Shown one piece after another: positions 47,062 through 55,400 of a stretch of DNA of 64,000 nucleotides (position 1 is the first letter of the stretch; the number at the start of each line of letters is the position of its first letter). The translations under genes were made by a program, and so were the position numbers. The notes below the pieces were generated by a model, which worked only from the letters and a program-made list of their open reading frames with translations, did no database searches and was not told where the DNA came from. This stretch comes from Candidatus Sericytochromatia bacterium (GTDB taxonomy: Bacteria > Cyanobacteriota > Sericytochromatia > S15B-MN24 > UBA4093), in assembly GCA_036676495.1 (NCBI GenBank), contig JAKFCT010000045.1, positions 18,898 to 82,897 of the forward strand, in the 5' to 3' direction.

Positions 47062-47156
47062 TAAATCGAGACTTAAGCTCGAGTTAATCCGGTTATCGGA
47101 GATCCCCGCGAGGGCCTTGCCGGCTGGAGGGTAAGGTGAGGTTAAGTCGGATTTAA
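47062..47156 (-). promoter_or_regulatory. LysM-gene promoter: two TTAA-N7-TTAA arrays flanking a sigma28-like promoter
   Basis: TTAAGCTCGAGTTAA at 47073-47087; TTAAGTCGGATTTAA at 47142-47156; minus-strand CAAG-N15-TCCGATAA at about 47119-47093. Confidence 0.6.
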
Positions 47157-47216
47157 AGTTCGTCTTAGCGGCTAGGCTTGGGAATGCGGAGCTGTCCTGC
47201 CGCAACGACGATCGCT

Positions 47217-47807
47217 CTAGGGGAAGATCAGCTCCCGCGCCCCGGCGGCCAGCTCCGTGTCCGCGGCCGGAGCGACCAGCGTGCCGCCGCTCGCATACTT
47301 CGCATACGCCGCGTGGAAGGCGTGGTCGAGCATGAAGGCATCCCCCTTCGAGGCGAGCGTCTCTTCCAGGGTCGACGGCGAGTGGGTCGGGGGGATCCGG
47401 TTCGGATCCAGCTGGTACTGGTACTCGATCGCCATCTGGGTCAGGCTCGAGAACGGCGTCAGCTCGAGTTTCTCGGCGCCGTTCCCCTTGCGATCCAGCA
47501 CCAGGGCCCTGCTGAGCATCGGGCCGTTCAGGCTGGGATGGATGACCACCAGCTTGAACCACTGCGGGGCCTCCGGTAGGCTCCCGCGCTCGATCCGGAA
47601 GGTGAACTTTCCGCTCGCGTCCAAGGTGGTGGCCTTCACCTTCCCCAGCGAGGCGTCGAAGTTGGAGATGAGGACCGGGGAACCGTCGACCCGATAGGCC
47701 GAGGCTGCGCCTTCGGGAAGCTTCACCTGGCCGCTCAGGGTCATGGTCTCCACTTGGCCCGAGCAAGCCGTCACCAGGAACGGGATGATCATCAGCACGC
47801 GTTTCAT
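47217..47807 (-). CDS. lipoprotein of unknown function
   Basis: MKRVLMIIPFLVTAC lipobox; layout similar to the 45653 gene. Confidence 0.72.
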   Translation of the reverse strand: MKRVLMIIPFLVTACSGQVETMTLSGQVKLPEGAASAYRVDGSPVLISNFDASLGKVKATTLDASGKFTFRIERGSLPEAPQWFKLVVIHPSLNGPMLSRALVLDRKGNGAEKLELTPFSSLTQMAIEYQYQLDPNRIPPTHSPSTLEETLASKGDAFMLDHAFHAAYAKYASGGTLVAPAADTELAAGARELIFP

Positions 47808-47860
47808 GGCATGGCCCTCAGCAACGCGGGTGCGAGACCGCACCCAAGGGGACGTGGTCG

Positions 47861-48298
47861 TCATGGTAACCGATCCGTGGAGCCTTGTCGCTTCCTCCGC
47901 GCCTTCTCCTCCTCGGGCTCGAGCCGCCGCTCCCAGCGCCGAACCCAGCGATCCAGCACGGGGATGCGCGTCAGGCGACCGTCGTAGGCCAAGACGGCCG
48001 CATAGGTCGCAAGCCCCAGCCCTCCGAGCATGACGCCGCTGATCCCTAGCCCCGTCCCCAGCAGAACCGTCATCCCGACCCAGGGAAGCGGGCCCAAAAG
48101 GGTGCCTGCGAGGCCGAGGGCGATGGAAAGGGTGGTCGTCAGGGCCGTGATGGCGACGGACTGGACGGCATGGAAGCGCAGCAGACGAATGGAGCGAAAT
48201 TGCGGAAGCAGCAGGACCGCCACGGCGACCGGGAAAAGGTAGGAAAGGCTCGCGAAGGCCCGGTAGGGGGCCGCCTGCGGGACCCGGCGCTCCATCAC
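47861..48298 (-). CDS. DUF4870-like membrane protein
   Basis: LSYLF, RFHAVQS, AYDG...RIPVL. Confidence 0.7.
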   Translation of the reverse strand: MMERRVPQAAPYRAFASLSYLFPVAVAVLLLPQFRSIRLLRFHAVQSVAITALTTTLSIALGLAGTLLGPLPWVGMTVLLGTGLGISGVMLGGLGLATYAAVLAYDGRLTRIPVLDRWVRRWERRLEPEEEKARRKRQGSTDRLP

Positions 48299-50301
48299 CG
48301 GCTCCTCATGGTCACGTCCACCGACGCCAAGGTGCCGGCCTTCACCTCCGTCCTGGCTTCCTGATCGGCGTAGGAGCCTTTCTCAAGCTTCAGACGGTAC
48401 GCCCCCGGGACCAGCTCCAGCACCGAGAAGCGGCCGGCCTCGTCCGAGACCGTCAGGACGGTCACGGCCTTGCCCTCCACGACGATCTTGACCCCTTTGA
48501 GCGCCTCGCCGGCGGCGTTGCGGACCTGGCCGCCGATCATCCCGAACCGTCCCACGGGAGCCGCCTCCCGGACCTTGGCGTCCTTGACGGCCTTGCCGCC
48601 GGGCGGCACCCGGACCTCGGCCTTGAGCAGCGTCTTACCGTCCTGCTGAAGCAAGAGCGTGTGGTTTCCCGCCGGAACGTTCGCTAGGGAGTAGTTCCCG
48701 TTCGCATCGCTGGGCGCCCGCAAGGATCCGACCTGGGCGATCGCCCCCGAGACCGGCTTTCCCGCCATGGTGAGGATGCGTCCGCTCACGGTGCCCGGCA
48801 GCGGCGAGAGCGCGATCCGCGGCGTCCCCCCGGAGACCTTGAGGGTGTGGGGGGCGTAGCCCTTGGCCGTGACCGCGACCGTCCACGAGCCGGCCGGCGG
48901 AACTTCCAGGCTGAAGTAGCCATCCCGGTCGGACGTGCCCCGCTCCTTGCCGATCGTGACCGCCGCTCCTCCCAGGACCGACCCGGTCTGGGCATCGACG
49001 ACCTGTCCCTTCAGGCGAACCATCGCCTGGGGCTTGAGCGTCAGCTCGATCGGCGATCCCGCGAGCGTCACCGTCTGCGAGGCGAGCGCACCGGTCTTGT
49101 CCGAGAGCGTCACGGTATAAGAGCCGTTCGCGAGCCCGCCGAAGGTGAAGTAGCCGCTCGGAGTGGTCTTGGTCTTGCGCTCGGCTCCTCCGGGCGCCAC
49201 GAGGCTGACGTTGGCCTCGGCGATCGCCTTGCCCGCCGCATCCACGGCCCGACCGATCAGCGTTCCGCTGGGCATCGAAGGAGGCTTCAGGCTGGTGCCG
49301 GAAGGCTCGGGAGCGCTCGGCACGGCCGGAAGGACGGGCTTGGGCACGGGCGGCTTGAGCACGGGCAGCTCCGCGACGGGAGCCGGCAGCTTCGGCGGCG
49401 GAGGCGGGGGACTGGCGGGTCCCGATGCGACGGCTTGCGTCCCGGCGCTTTGCGTCCCGGCGCTCGACGTCGCGACGCTCGGGGTCTTGGCGACAGGCGC
49501 TTCGACCGCCGGAGCCTTGGCCAAAGGGGGCTTGGCGACGGCGGCCTTGGGAGTCGGCGCCGGCTTGGGGGCGTTGGCGGTCTTGCCCGGCCAGTCGGGA
49601 AGGATGCCGGTGTAGCTCGCCCCGATCGCGAGGCCGCGATCGAAGAGGCTGGTGTTGGGAAGGCCGAGCGAGAACAGGGAGAGGCTCAAGGACGGGAGCG
49701 GGGAGAGGTTGAGCCCGAAGTTGGCGTAGCCGGATTCGCTGCCCTGGGAGCCGATCCATTCGGCGCTGGCGGAGCCGTGCTGCCCCAGCGGGAGCTCCAG
49801 GCCGGCCATGAGGCGGCTATTGAGGGCCAGATCGGCGCGGAAGCCGAGGTGCGCCGAGAAGAGGGTCCAGTCGCGGCCGTTCTGGCGGGTGTTGATGTCC
49901 CGGGTGAGCGTGACGTAGAGGTTCGAGCCCGGGATGCCGCGGTTCGCCGGGACGCCCAGCATGCCCAGGCCGACGGCGACGGCGGTGGGGTTCTCGCGGG
50001 TCGGGCGCTGAAGCTGGTGCTTGAGGCTGAGCATGGGCCAGTCATGGCCCGGGATGCCGTACATGAGGGTGGCTTCGGTGGCCATGAGGCTGAAGCGGCC
50101 GTAACCCGCGATGGCGGTGGGCAGGCCTCCGATGGCGATCAGGCGGGTGCCGAGCTCGACCTCGCGATCGGCCCCCACGCGGCCATCGGGCATGGTGGCG
50201 AGTCCTCGTTCCCCCCAGACTCCGGTGGACTGGGCATGGGCGGGGGAGGCCAGGAGCAGGAAGCTGAGTAGAAACGCGCGGGTCCGCATGGTCGTCCTCA
50301 T
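48295..50301 (-). CDS. secreted protein: YjbH-like beta-barrel N-domain, Pro-rich linker, about four carboxypeptidase-regulatory-like domains
   Basis: Signal AHA|Q; GERGLATMPDG; repeated G.V.D..G.....A.V...T...GYF...L..G.Y.V. Confidence 0.75.
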   Translation of the reverse strand: MRTTMRTRAFLLSFLLLASPAHAQSTGVWGERGLATMPDGRVGADREVELGTRLIAIGGLPTAIAGYGRFSLMATEATLMYGIPGHDWPMLSLKHQLQRPTRENPTAVAVGLGMLGVPANRGIPGSNLYVTLTRDINTRQNGRDWTLFSAHLGFRADLALNSRLMAGLELPLGQHGSASAEWIGSQGSESGYANFGLNLSPLPSLSLSLFSLGLPNTSLFDRGLAIGASYTGILPDWPGKTANAPKPAPTPKAAVAKPPLAKAPAVEAPVAKTPSVATSSAGTQSAGTQAVASGPASPPPPPPKLPAPVAELPVLKPPVPKPVLPAVPSAPEPSGTSLKPPSMPSGTLIGRAVDAAGKAIAEANVSLVAPGGAERKTKTTPSGYFTFGGLANGSYTVTLSDKTGALASQTVTLAGSPIELTLKPQAMVRLKGQVVDAQTGSVLGGAAVTIGKERGTSDRDGYFSLEVPPAGSWTVAVTAKGYAPHTLKVSGGTPRIALSPLPGTVSGRILTMAGKPVSGAIAQVGSLRAPSDANGNYSLANVPAGNHTLLLQQDGKTLLKAEVRVPPGGKAVKDAKVREAAPVGRFGMIGGQVRNAAGEALKGVKIVVEGKAVTVLTVSDEAGRFSVLELVPGAYRLKLEKGSYADQEARTEVKAGTLASVDVTMRSR

Positions 50302-50708
50302 GGGGTGGCCGAGGCGCTCGCCGAGGCGGTGTGGAAGGCGTCCCAGACGGAGTAGCCCTTGGCGGCCACCATCAGGGTGAAGGCGCCCACTCGGGCGTAG
50401 CCCGATCCGGTCCAGGCGTCGATGGCCATGGCGACGGGATAGGTCGCAAGCGTGCCGAAGAGCCACCAGCCCTTGGTCGAGTCCCGGTTGTAGAACTGGC
50501 CGCTCCCCGTGACGGCCAGGGAGAGGCCGGCGGCGATCCAGGGCTGGCGAGGAGGCAGGCCCGAGAAAACCGCCTGCTCCAGGGGAAGCGCGACGGAGAG
50601 GGCCTCGGGCTCGGGCGATGCCGCTCCGGCTGCCGGCGCGAACGCGAGCAGGGACCCGAGCATGAGCAGGCCCGTCATGGCGTGGCGTGGCGTGGAAGGT
50701 TTCTGCAT
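50298..50708 (-). CDS. hypothetical membrane protein (TM2-like)
   Basis: Signal peptide; PWIAAGLSLAVTGSGQFYN, YSVWDAF. Confidence 0.7.
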   Translation of the reverse strand: MQKPSTPRHAMTGLLMLGSLLAFAPAAGAASPEPEALSVALPLEQAVFSGLPPRQPWIAAGLSLAVTGSGQFYNRDSTKGWWLFGTLATYPVAMAIDAWTGSGYARVGAFTLMVAAKGYSVWDAFHTASASASATP

Positions 50709-50805
50709 GGTCCCTTTCCCGTCCGAAGTGCCGTCCTGTCTCGGTTTTGGCCTTCGATTCCAGTGTAGCTCCCCGGCCTGGCCCGCGCAAGCGAGGTTAT
50801 GCAGT

Positions 50806-50829
50806 GGCGGGCACAGAGGCCCGCCCCAC
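50806..50829. repeat. GTAG/GTGG-type REP element
   Basis: GGCGGGCACAGAGGCCCGCCCCAC, copy of 36056-36079. Confidence 0.7.
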
Positions 50830-50835
50830 AAGGCC

Positions 50836-51465
50836 TCAAAAGTTCAGCTTGAGGCCGAGGAGGCCGCCGAGGCCGTTCACCCCGAGCGTGCCCTCGAGAT
50901 GGGGCTGGAAGCGGTATCCCAGTTCGAGGCCGGCCGACGGACCACCGAAGGCGTTGAAGTAAGGGCCGCCGAGCGCGCCGTAGTACGGGACGGCGAGGTT
51001 GAGCCGCCCGGTGAGCTCGCGCGTGAACGGGAAGCTGAGGGCGAAGCCGATTTCGAGGCCCGGAGCGAGGCCCAAGGGAGCGCGGTAGCCGGTGTCGCCC
51101 CAGACGCCCAGGAGGCCTGCCACCGAGAGGTTCCGGCGGCCGCCGTTGACGAACTGATAGAGCATGCGGACGTCCCAGCGGGTGGTGTTGAAGCCGTAGA
51201 CGCCCGAGCCGATGCCCGCGCCCAGTGTGAGGTTGGGTTGGATCGCGACGTCGACGGAGGCGCCGATTCCGTTGCCGACGCCGAGGCCGAGCACCCGCGA
51301 CCCCCGGGTGAAGTCGGCACGGGGCATGGTCGAGGCTTCGGCCACGGGGGCCGCCACGGCGAGGGCGAGCAGGGCGCCGAGGGCGATCGCCCCTCTCGAA
51401 GGCCCGTTCCCGCGGGAACCCCGGACGCGAGACGTTCGATCTAGCTGTTCATGGGCGATTCGCAA
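50836..51465 (-). CDS. small outer-membrane beta-barrel protein
   Basis: Signal AEA|S, amphipathic beta strands, C-terminal LGLKLNF beta-signal. Confidence 0.7.
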   Translation of the reverse strand: MRIAHEQLDRTSRVRGSRGNGPSRGAIALGALLALAVAAPVAEASTMPRADFTRGSRVLGLGVGNGIGASVDVAIQPNLTLGAGIGSGVYGFNTTRWDVRMLYQFVNGGRRNLSVAGLLGVWGDTGYRAPLGLAPGLEIGFALSFPFTRELTGRLNLAVPYYGALGGPYFNAFGGPSAGLELGYRFQPHLEGTLGVNGLGGLLGLKLNF

Positions 51466-51537
51466 GCGATCCTCCTTTCAGCGCTCCAGCTGGAAGTCTT
51501 ATTCCCAGCTTTTCCTCATCTTTTCTTTCCGGCAAGG

Positions 51538-51566
51538 TTGACAAGCAGCGCGGGTTTCTGGATAAT
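51538..51566 (+). promoter_or_regulatory. sigma70 promoter of tRNA-Leu
   Basis: TTGACA-N17-GATAAT. Confidence 0.85.
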
Positions 51567-51577
51567 AACTCTTGTCC

Positions 51578-51656
51578 GCGCGAGTGGCGGAATGGCAGAC
51601 GCGCACGTTTGAGGGGCGTGTGGGAAACCGTATGGGTTCAAGTCCCATCTCGCGCA
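51578..51656 (+). tRNA. tRNA-Leu(GAG)
   Basis: GCGCGAG/CTCGCGC acceptor, CACGT-TTGAGGG-GCGTG anticodon arm, variable arm, GGTTCAAGTCC; followed by CTA. Confidence 0.96.
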
Positions 51657-52150
51657 CTAACCGGGCCCGAAAGGGCCCGGTTTTCTTTTTGGGTGGACCA
51701 GACGGCCAGCAGGCCTCCCAGGCCCGTCGCCACCCAGTCCCCGAGCTCCAGATGCCCGCGCGGCACCCCGGGGATCCTCCCCGAATCTCCGATTTCCTTC
51801 ATGGTTCCGGCCAGCAAGGCCGCCCCCAGCGCCGTCGACGCCTCCGCGCCGGTCAGCCGAAACGCCGTGGCGATCACCGCCCCGGCCAGGACATGCTGGA
51901 TCTTGTCCCGGCCGACGCTCGTGCTGCTGCTCGGCACCATGAACTCCCCGCTCCAGGTGCCCTCCTGCCAGCGAATCCCGACGCCGTAGGTCGCCTCGCG
52001 CGGAACGACCGTCCAGGCGTCGGCGGGACGGGCCCCGGCGGCGACCACGAGGCCGGCCAGCAGGACGCTCAGCAGGGCGCCTCTTGCCCCTTCTCCCTTG
52101 CCTGAACCGTTGCCTGAACCGTTGCCCTTCCCTGCGTGACGCCTGGGCAT
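51638..52150 (-). CDS. YfiM-like membrane protein
   Basis: DKIQH...G, G..KE..D, GD..A..LG motifs; signal peptide. Confidence 0.65.
   Translation of the reverse strand: MPRRHAGKGNGSGNGSGKGEGARGALLSVLLAGLVVAAGARPADAWTVVPREATYGVGIRWQEGTWSGEFMVPSSSTSVGRDKIQHVLAGAVIATAFRLTGAEASTALGAALLAGTMKEIGDSGRIPGVPRGHLELGDWVATGLGGLLAVWSTQKENRALSGPVSARDGT
51659..51690 (+). terminator. intrinsic terminator after tRNA-Leu
   Basis: AACCGGGCCC-GAAA-GGGCCCGGTT-TTCTTTT. Confidence 0.88.
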
Positions 52151-52353
52151 GCGTCCCTCCTTCCGGTGATCCGATCCGGATCCTGCGCTCCGGGCCCGGG
52201 AAGGGGTTAGGAAGAGCTGGACGAAAGGCGTTTTTGCTCGCTTGGCAGGCAACGGGGAGGACGCGATACGAACGAAGGCTTCGCTCGCTTGGCAGGTTGC
52301 CGGGGGCAGGTTAAGATGAAAGGAGATGGGACGCCAGCGGAAGGGAGGACGCC

Positions 52354-52707
52354 GTGACACGCCGGAACGTCGCCTACGATCCCGATCTCGCCGAGGGATC
52401 CCTGGAGATCGTCGAGCTCGCCTACGCCTCGGTCCCCTCTTACGAGGGGGGCTGGGCGCAGATTCATCCCGAGGACCAGGCCGAATGGCTCGCGTCCTTC
52501 GCGATCGTCCGCGACCACCTCGCCCAGCTCGTCGCCTGGGAGGCGGAGGCCCTGCTCGATGCGGAGCAGCGCGACCGCTTCCAGCACCTGCTGAACCAGA
52601 AAGACGTCGTCGAGACGGTCCTCGCCCGCTTGGAGTCGGCCTCCGCTCCCCCCAGCGCGGCCCAGTCGCGAGCGGCCGCCCTCCTCAGCCTGGTCCTGGA
52701 CGACTGA
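52354..52707 (+). CDS. hypothetical protein
   Basis: GGAGG RBS, GTG start, host-like codon usage. Confidence 0.65.
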   Translation: MTRRNVAYDPDLAEGSLEIVELAYASVPSYEGGWAQIHPEDQAEWLASFAIVRDHLAQLVAWEAEALLDAEQRDRFQHLLNQKDVVETVLARLESASAPPSAAQSRAAALLSLVLDD

Positions 52708-52734
52708 TTTCTCCCAAGCTTATTCCCGAGATAA

Positions 52735-52762
52735 GAAAGCCTTCGCCCGCGTGCTCCGATAA
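52735..52762 (+). promoter_or_regulatory. sigma28-like promoter candidate
   Basis: GAAAG-N15-TCCGATAA. Confidence 0.4.
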
Positions 52763-52892
52763 GCTCCATGACCCCGGTGAATCGCGTCATCTTCGCGTAA
52801 TCACAGGGTCACAGCCCGTTTAGATTCCCGAAATCTCGGGAATGATCGGAGCGAGGGGACAGGCCCCCGTTCGGCGGCCAAAGGAGGCAAGC

Positions 52893-53072
52893 ATGCTGGA
52901 TCCGCGTTTCGCGTTGAACATCTGCATCGCATCCACGGGGACGATCTGGGTCCTCATGATCGCGGCGGCCGCCCTGGGCGCGCAGCCCAACGGACTCTCC
53001 TACGGCTTGCTGACCCTCAACGTCGCGAGCACCATGTTCGTCTACAACCGCTACCGGGGCCTCTTCTGGTAA
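52893..53072 (+). CDS. small 2-TM membrane protein
   Basis: AAGGAGG RBS before MLDPRF; two hydrophobic segments. Confidence 0.7.
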   Translation: MLDPRFALNICIASTGTIWVLMIAAAALGAQPNGLSYGLLTLNVASTMFVYNRYRGLFW

Positions 53073-53076
53073 CCGC

Positions 53077-53700
53077 TCAGGCGGTCACGTCCAGCAAGCC
53101 TCGCGGATTCGGCTGTCTCTCCAAGAACAGCCGCGCGACGGCAGGATGCTCCTCGAAAAGCCGGTGCAGGTGACACAGGGAAAAGACTTTTCCTTGAAGC
53201 TTGTCGATCGGGCAGCCCGCAAAGTTCTTAATCGCCGGATCGGCCATGGCGCGGCGAGTCTCCTTCATGTACTGCTCGATCGTGAGCAGGCTTTCCGACG
53301 CATCGTCAAAACGAACGACAGCTAGTTGCGTATGCTTGGCAAGGCGATCATCGTCCCGGATAGCTTGGGCGAGCGCTCCCGCACGCCCTACTGAGGCGTC
53401 GCTTGTGGCTTGCTTCAGGCTTGCGATTCCGCCGGATACCGATACTAGGATCGCACGGCATGTTGCTGCTTTCTCCGCGACCTCATCGAGGTACCCCGTG
53501 ATGCCTTTGCGCGTGAGCCTTGGAAGGTGGGGGCGCTGGTAGCGACCGAGATCGGGGGAGCGCTTGTAGTAATCTACGTAGTGCTGGAGCGAGGGCCGTG
53601 CTTCCTCTTCGATCGGCTTGACCGGCGACGAGGGCATGGGGGGATGAGGTCTTGGGGGCTTCGAGGGGGATCGCGAAAGCCCGTTGGTATCCAGCATCAT
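53077..53700 (-). CDS. hypothetical protein with Pro/Ser-rich N-terminus
   Basis: AAGGAGAG RBS, MMLDTNGLSRSPSKPPRP; atypical codon usage. Confidence 0.6.
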   Translation of the reverse strand: MMLDTNGLSRSPSKPPRPHPPMPSSPVKPIEEEARPSLQHYVDYYKRSPDLGRYQRPHLPRLTRKGITGYLDEVAEKAATCRAILVSVSGGIASLKQATSDASVGRAGALAQAIRDDDRLAKHTQLAVVRFDDASESLLTIEQYMKETRRAMADPAIKNFAGCPIDKLQGKVFSLCHLHRLFEEHPAVARLFLERQPNPRGLLDVTA

Positions 53701-53943
53701 CGATCTCTCCTTTACCGCGTGAGACTTTCGGCGCGTCTCAAGGCATGAGCCACCTTTCGGAGGCGCTCGGAGGCGTGACGCCGAGCTTCGGCGGAGAGAT
53801 GGGGGGTCTTGGATACGCTTTCTCGGGCTTGCGCATGCCATTGCCATAAGGCTTTCAGAGCATTGCTGCCGCTCGTCGGCTTGCCGAGCACGCGTCGGCC
53901 GAGCATGGCGAGCAGGTGGTCTATGGCGGATAAGCGTCTTGCC

Positions 53944-54165
53944 TCAATGCTCAAGGGAGACCGCTTGGAGGATACGGTTTCCGGAGTCGGCCAGCAAGCC
54001 CCTCCCCTCGTCGTCAACCATGAGATCAACGGGGCGGTGGAAGTAGGCCTCTTCCTTCTGGCTGTCTCGAGGGCCCCAGTGGGCGAATTCGCTTTCACGT
54101 TTGCTTTCTGTTTTTGCATGGCCTCCTCCGGCGAGGGCGGTGATGAGAGGAAGGTATCCGGTCAT
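53944..54165 (-). pseudogene. orphan fragment matching the last NHL repeat of the adjacent lipoproteins
   Basis: ITALAGGG...AYFHRPVDLMVDDEGRGLLADSGN aligns to VTTLAGGG...ARFRSPTDLAFDPDGNLWVADMGN. Confidence 0.7.
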
Positions 54166-54188
54166 GGGCTTTCGTCCGATGCTATCGG

Positions 54189-55388
54189 TTAATCGGTGAA
54201 GGTGATCTTCCGGATGGCGTTATTGCCCATGTCGGCCACCCAGAGGTTGCCATCCGGATCGAACGCGAGGTCGGTGGGGCTCCTGAAGCGGGCCTGGCGA
54301 TTGTCCCCATCCACGTAGCCTGCCTCATTCAACTCCTCGTATCGCTCGTGCTGGACATGGCGGTCGCCTCCCCCGGCCAGCGTGGTGACATGAGCGCGCG
54401 TATCGAGCTTACGGATGCAATTGGCGCTGAGGTCCGAGATGAAGAGGTTGCCCTGGAGATCGAAGGCCAGCCCCGTAATGAATTCAAACTTGGCTGTTGC
54501 GGCGGGACCGTCGCTAAATCCCTCGGTTCCGCTTCCTGCCACGGTGGAGACGATGCCATCCGGAGTGATGCGCCGGATGCGATAGTTGCGGGTGTCCGCT
54601 ACGAAGAGGTTGCCTTGAGAATCAATGGCGAGTCCGAGGGGGGTATTGAATTGAGCCCGTGAGGCGACTCCGTCGGCGAACCCTGCTTCTCCGGTACCAG
54701 CGATGGTGCTGACGTGGCCTTCAGGGCTGAGGCGCCGGATGCGGTGCCCGCCCTCTTCTCCAACGTAAATATTGCCCTCCGGATCCACCGCGAGCGTGGA
54801 AGGTTTATTGAATTCGGCTTCTGAGGCTTGGCCATCTCGGCTTCCTGCTTTGCCGCTGCCGGCCAACGTGGTCACAAGGCCCTGGCGGGTCACCCGTCGG
54901 ATTCGATGGTTGAAGGTGTCGGCCACAATCAGGTCGCCCTGCGGGAGAATCAGGATGTAGGAAGGTCCATGAAAACGGGCTTCTTCACCTTTGCCGTCTG
55001 CATAACCTCCTCGAAAGCCCTTATACGGGATGTGCTCCGCTTGTCCTGCCAGAATATGATGACGATCCGCTTTCAATTCCTTGATCGTCGAGTCTGCAAA
55101 GGAAGCGAAAGTCGTCTCGCCGTCAGAAGCAATCCCGTTGGGAGTAAAGAAGTCGATTATCGTACTAGAAGCGTCGGGCGACGAGGGCAGGGTGTTTCCG
55201 ATGAGCGTTGTGACATGTACGGACGTCGTGTCAAAGATTTTTTGGTTGGGCCGGGGGCTCTCGAGTTCACTTGAGGTAGTGTCGGGAAGCTTGAGTAGCC
55301 ATGGGCAGCCGGGTATGAGCAGGAGGACAGCCACGGCCAAGGTTAGTCTGAGAGCGCTGGCGCTAAGGTGAGTATTTACAGGGCGCAT
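54189..55388 (-). CDS. NHL-repeat (beta-propeller) lipoprotein, paralog 2
   Basis: LIPGC lipobox; repeated A.FN.P.GLA.D..GN..VADT.N.RIRRI. Confidence 0.9.
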   Translation of the reverse strand: MRPVNTHLSASALRLTLAVAVLLLIPGCPWLLKLPDTTSSELESPRPNQKIFDTTSVHVTTLIGNTLPSSPDASSTIIDFFTPNGIASDGETTFASFADSTIKELKADRHHILAGQAEHIPYKGFRGGYADGKGEEARFHGPSYILILPQGDLIVADTFNHRIRRVTRQGLVTTLAGSGKAGSRDGQASEAEFNKPSTLAVDPEGNIYVGEEGGHRIRRLSPEGHVSTIAGTGEAGFADGVASRAQFNTPLGLAIDSQGNLFVADTRNYRIRRITPDGIVSTVAGSGTEGFSDGPAATAKFEFITGLAFDLQGNLFISDLSANCIRKLDTRAHVTTLAGGGDRHVQHERYEELNEAGYVDGDNRQARFRSPTDLAFDPDGNLWVADMGNNAIRKITFTD

Positions 55389-55400
55389 CTTCCCTTCCTT

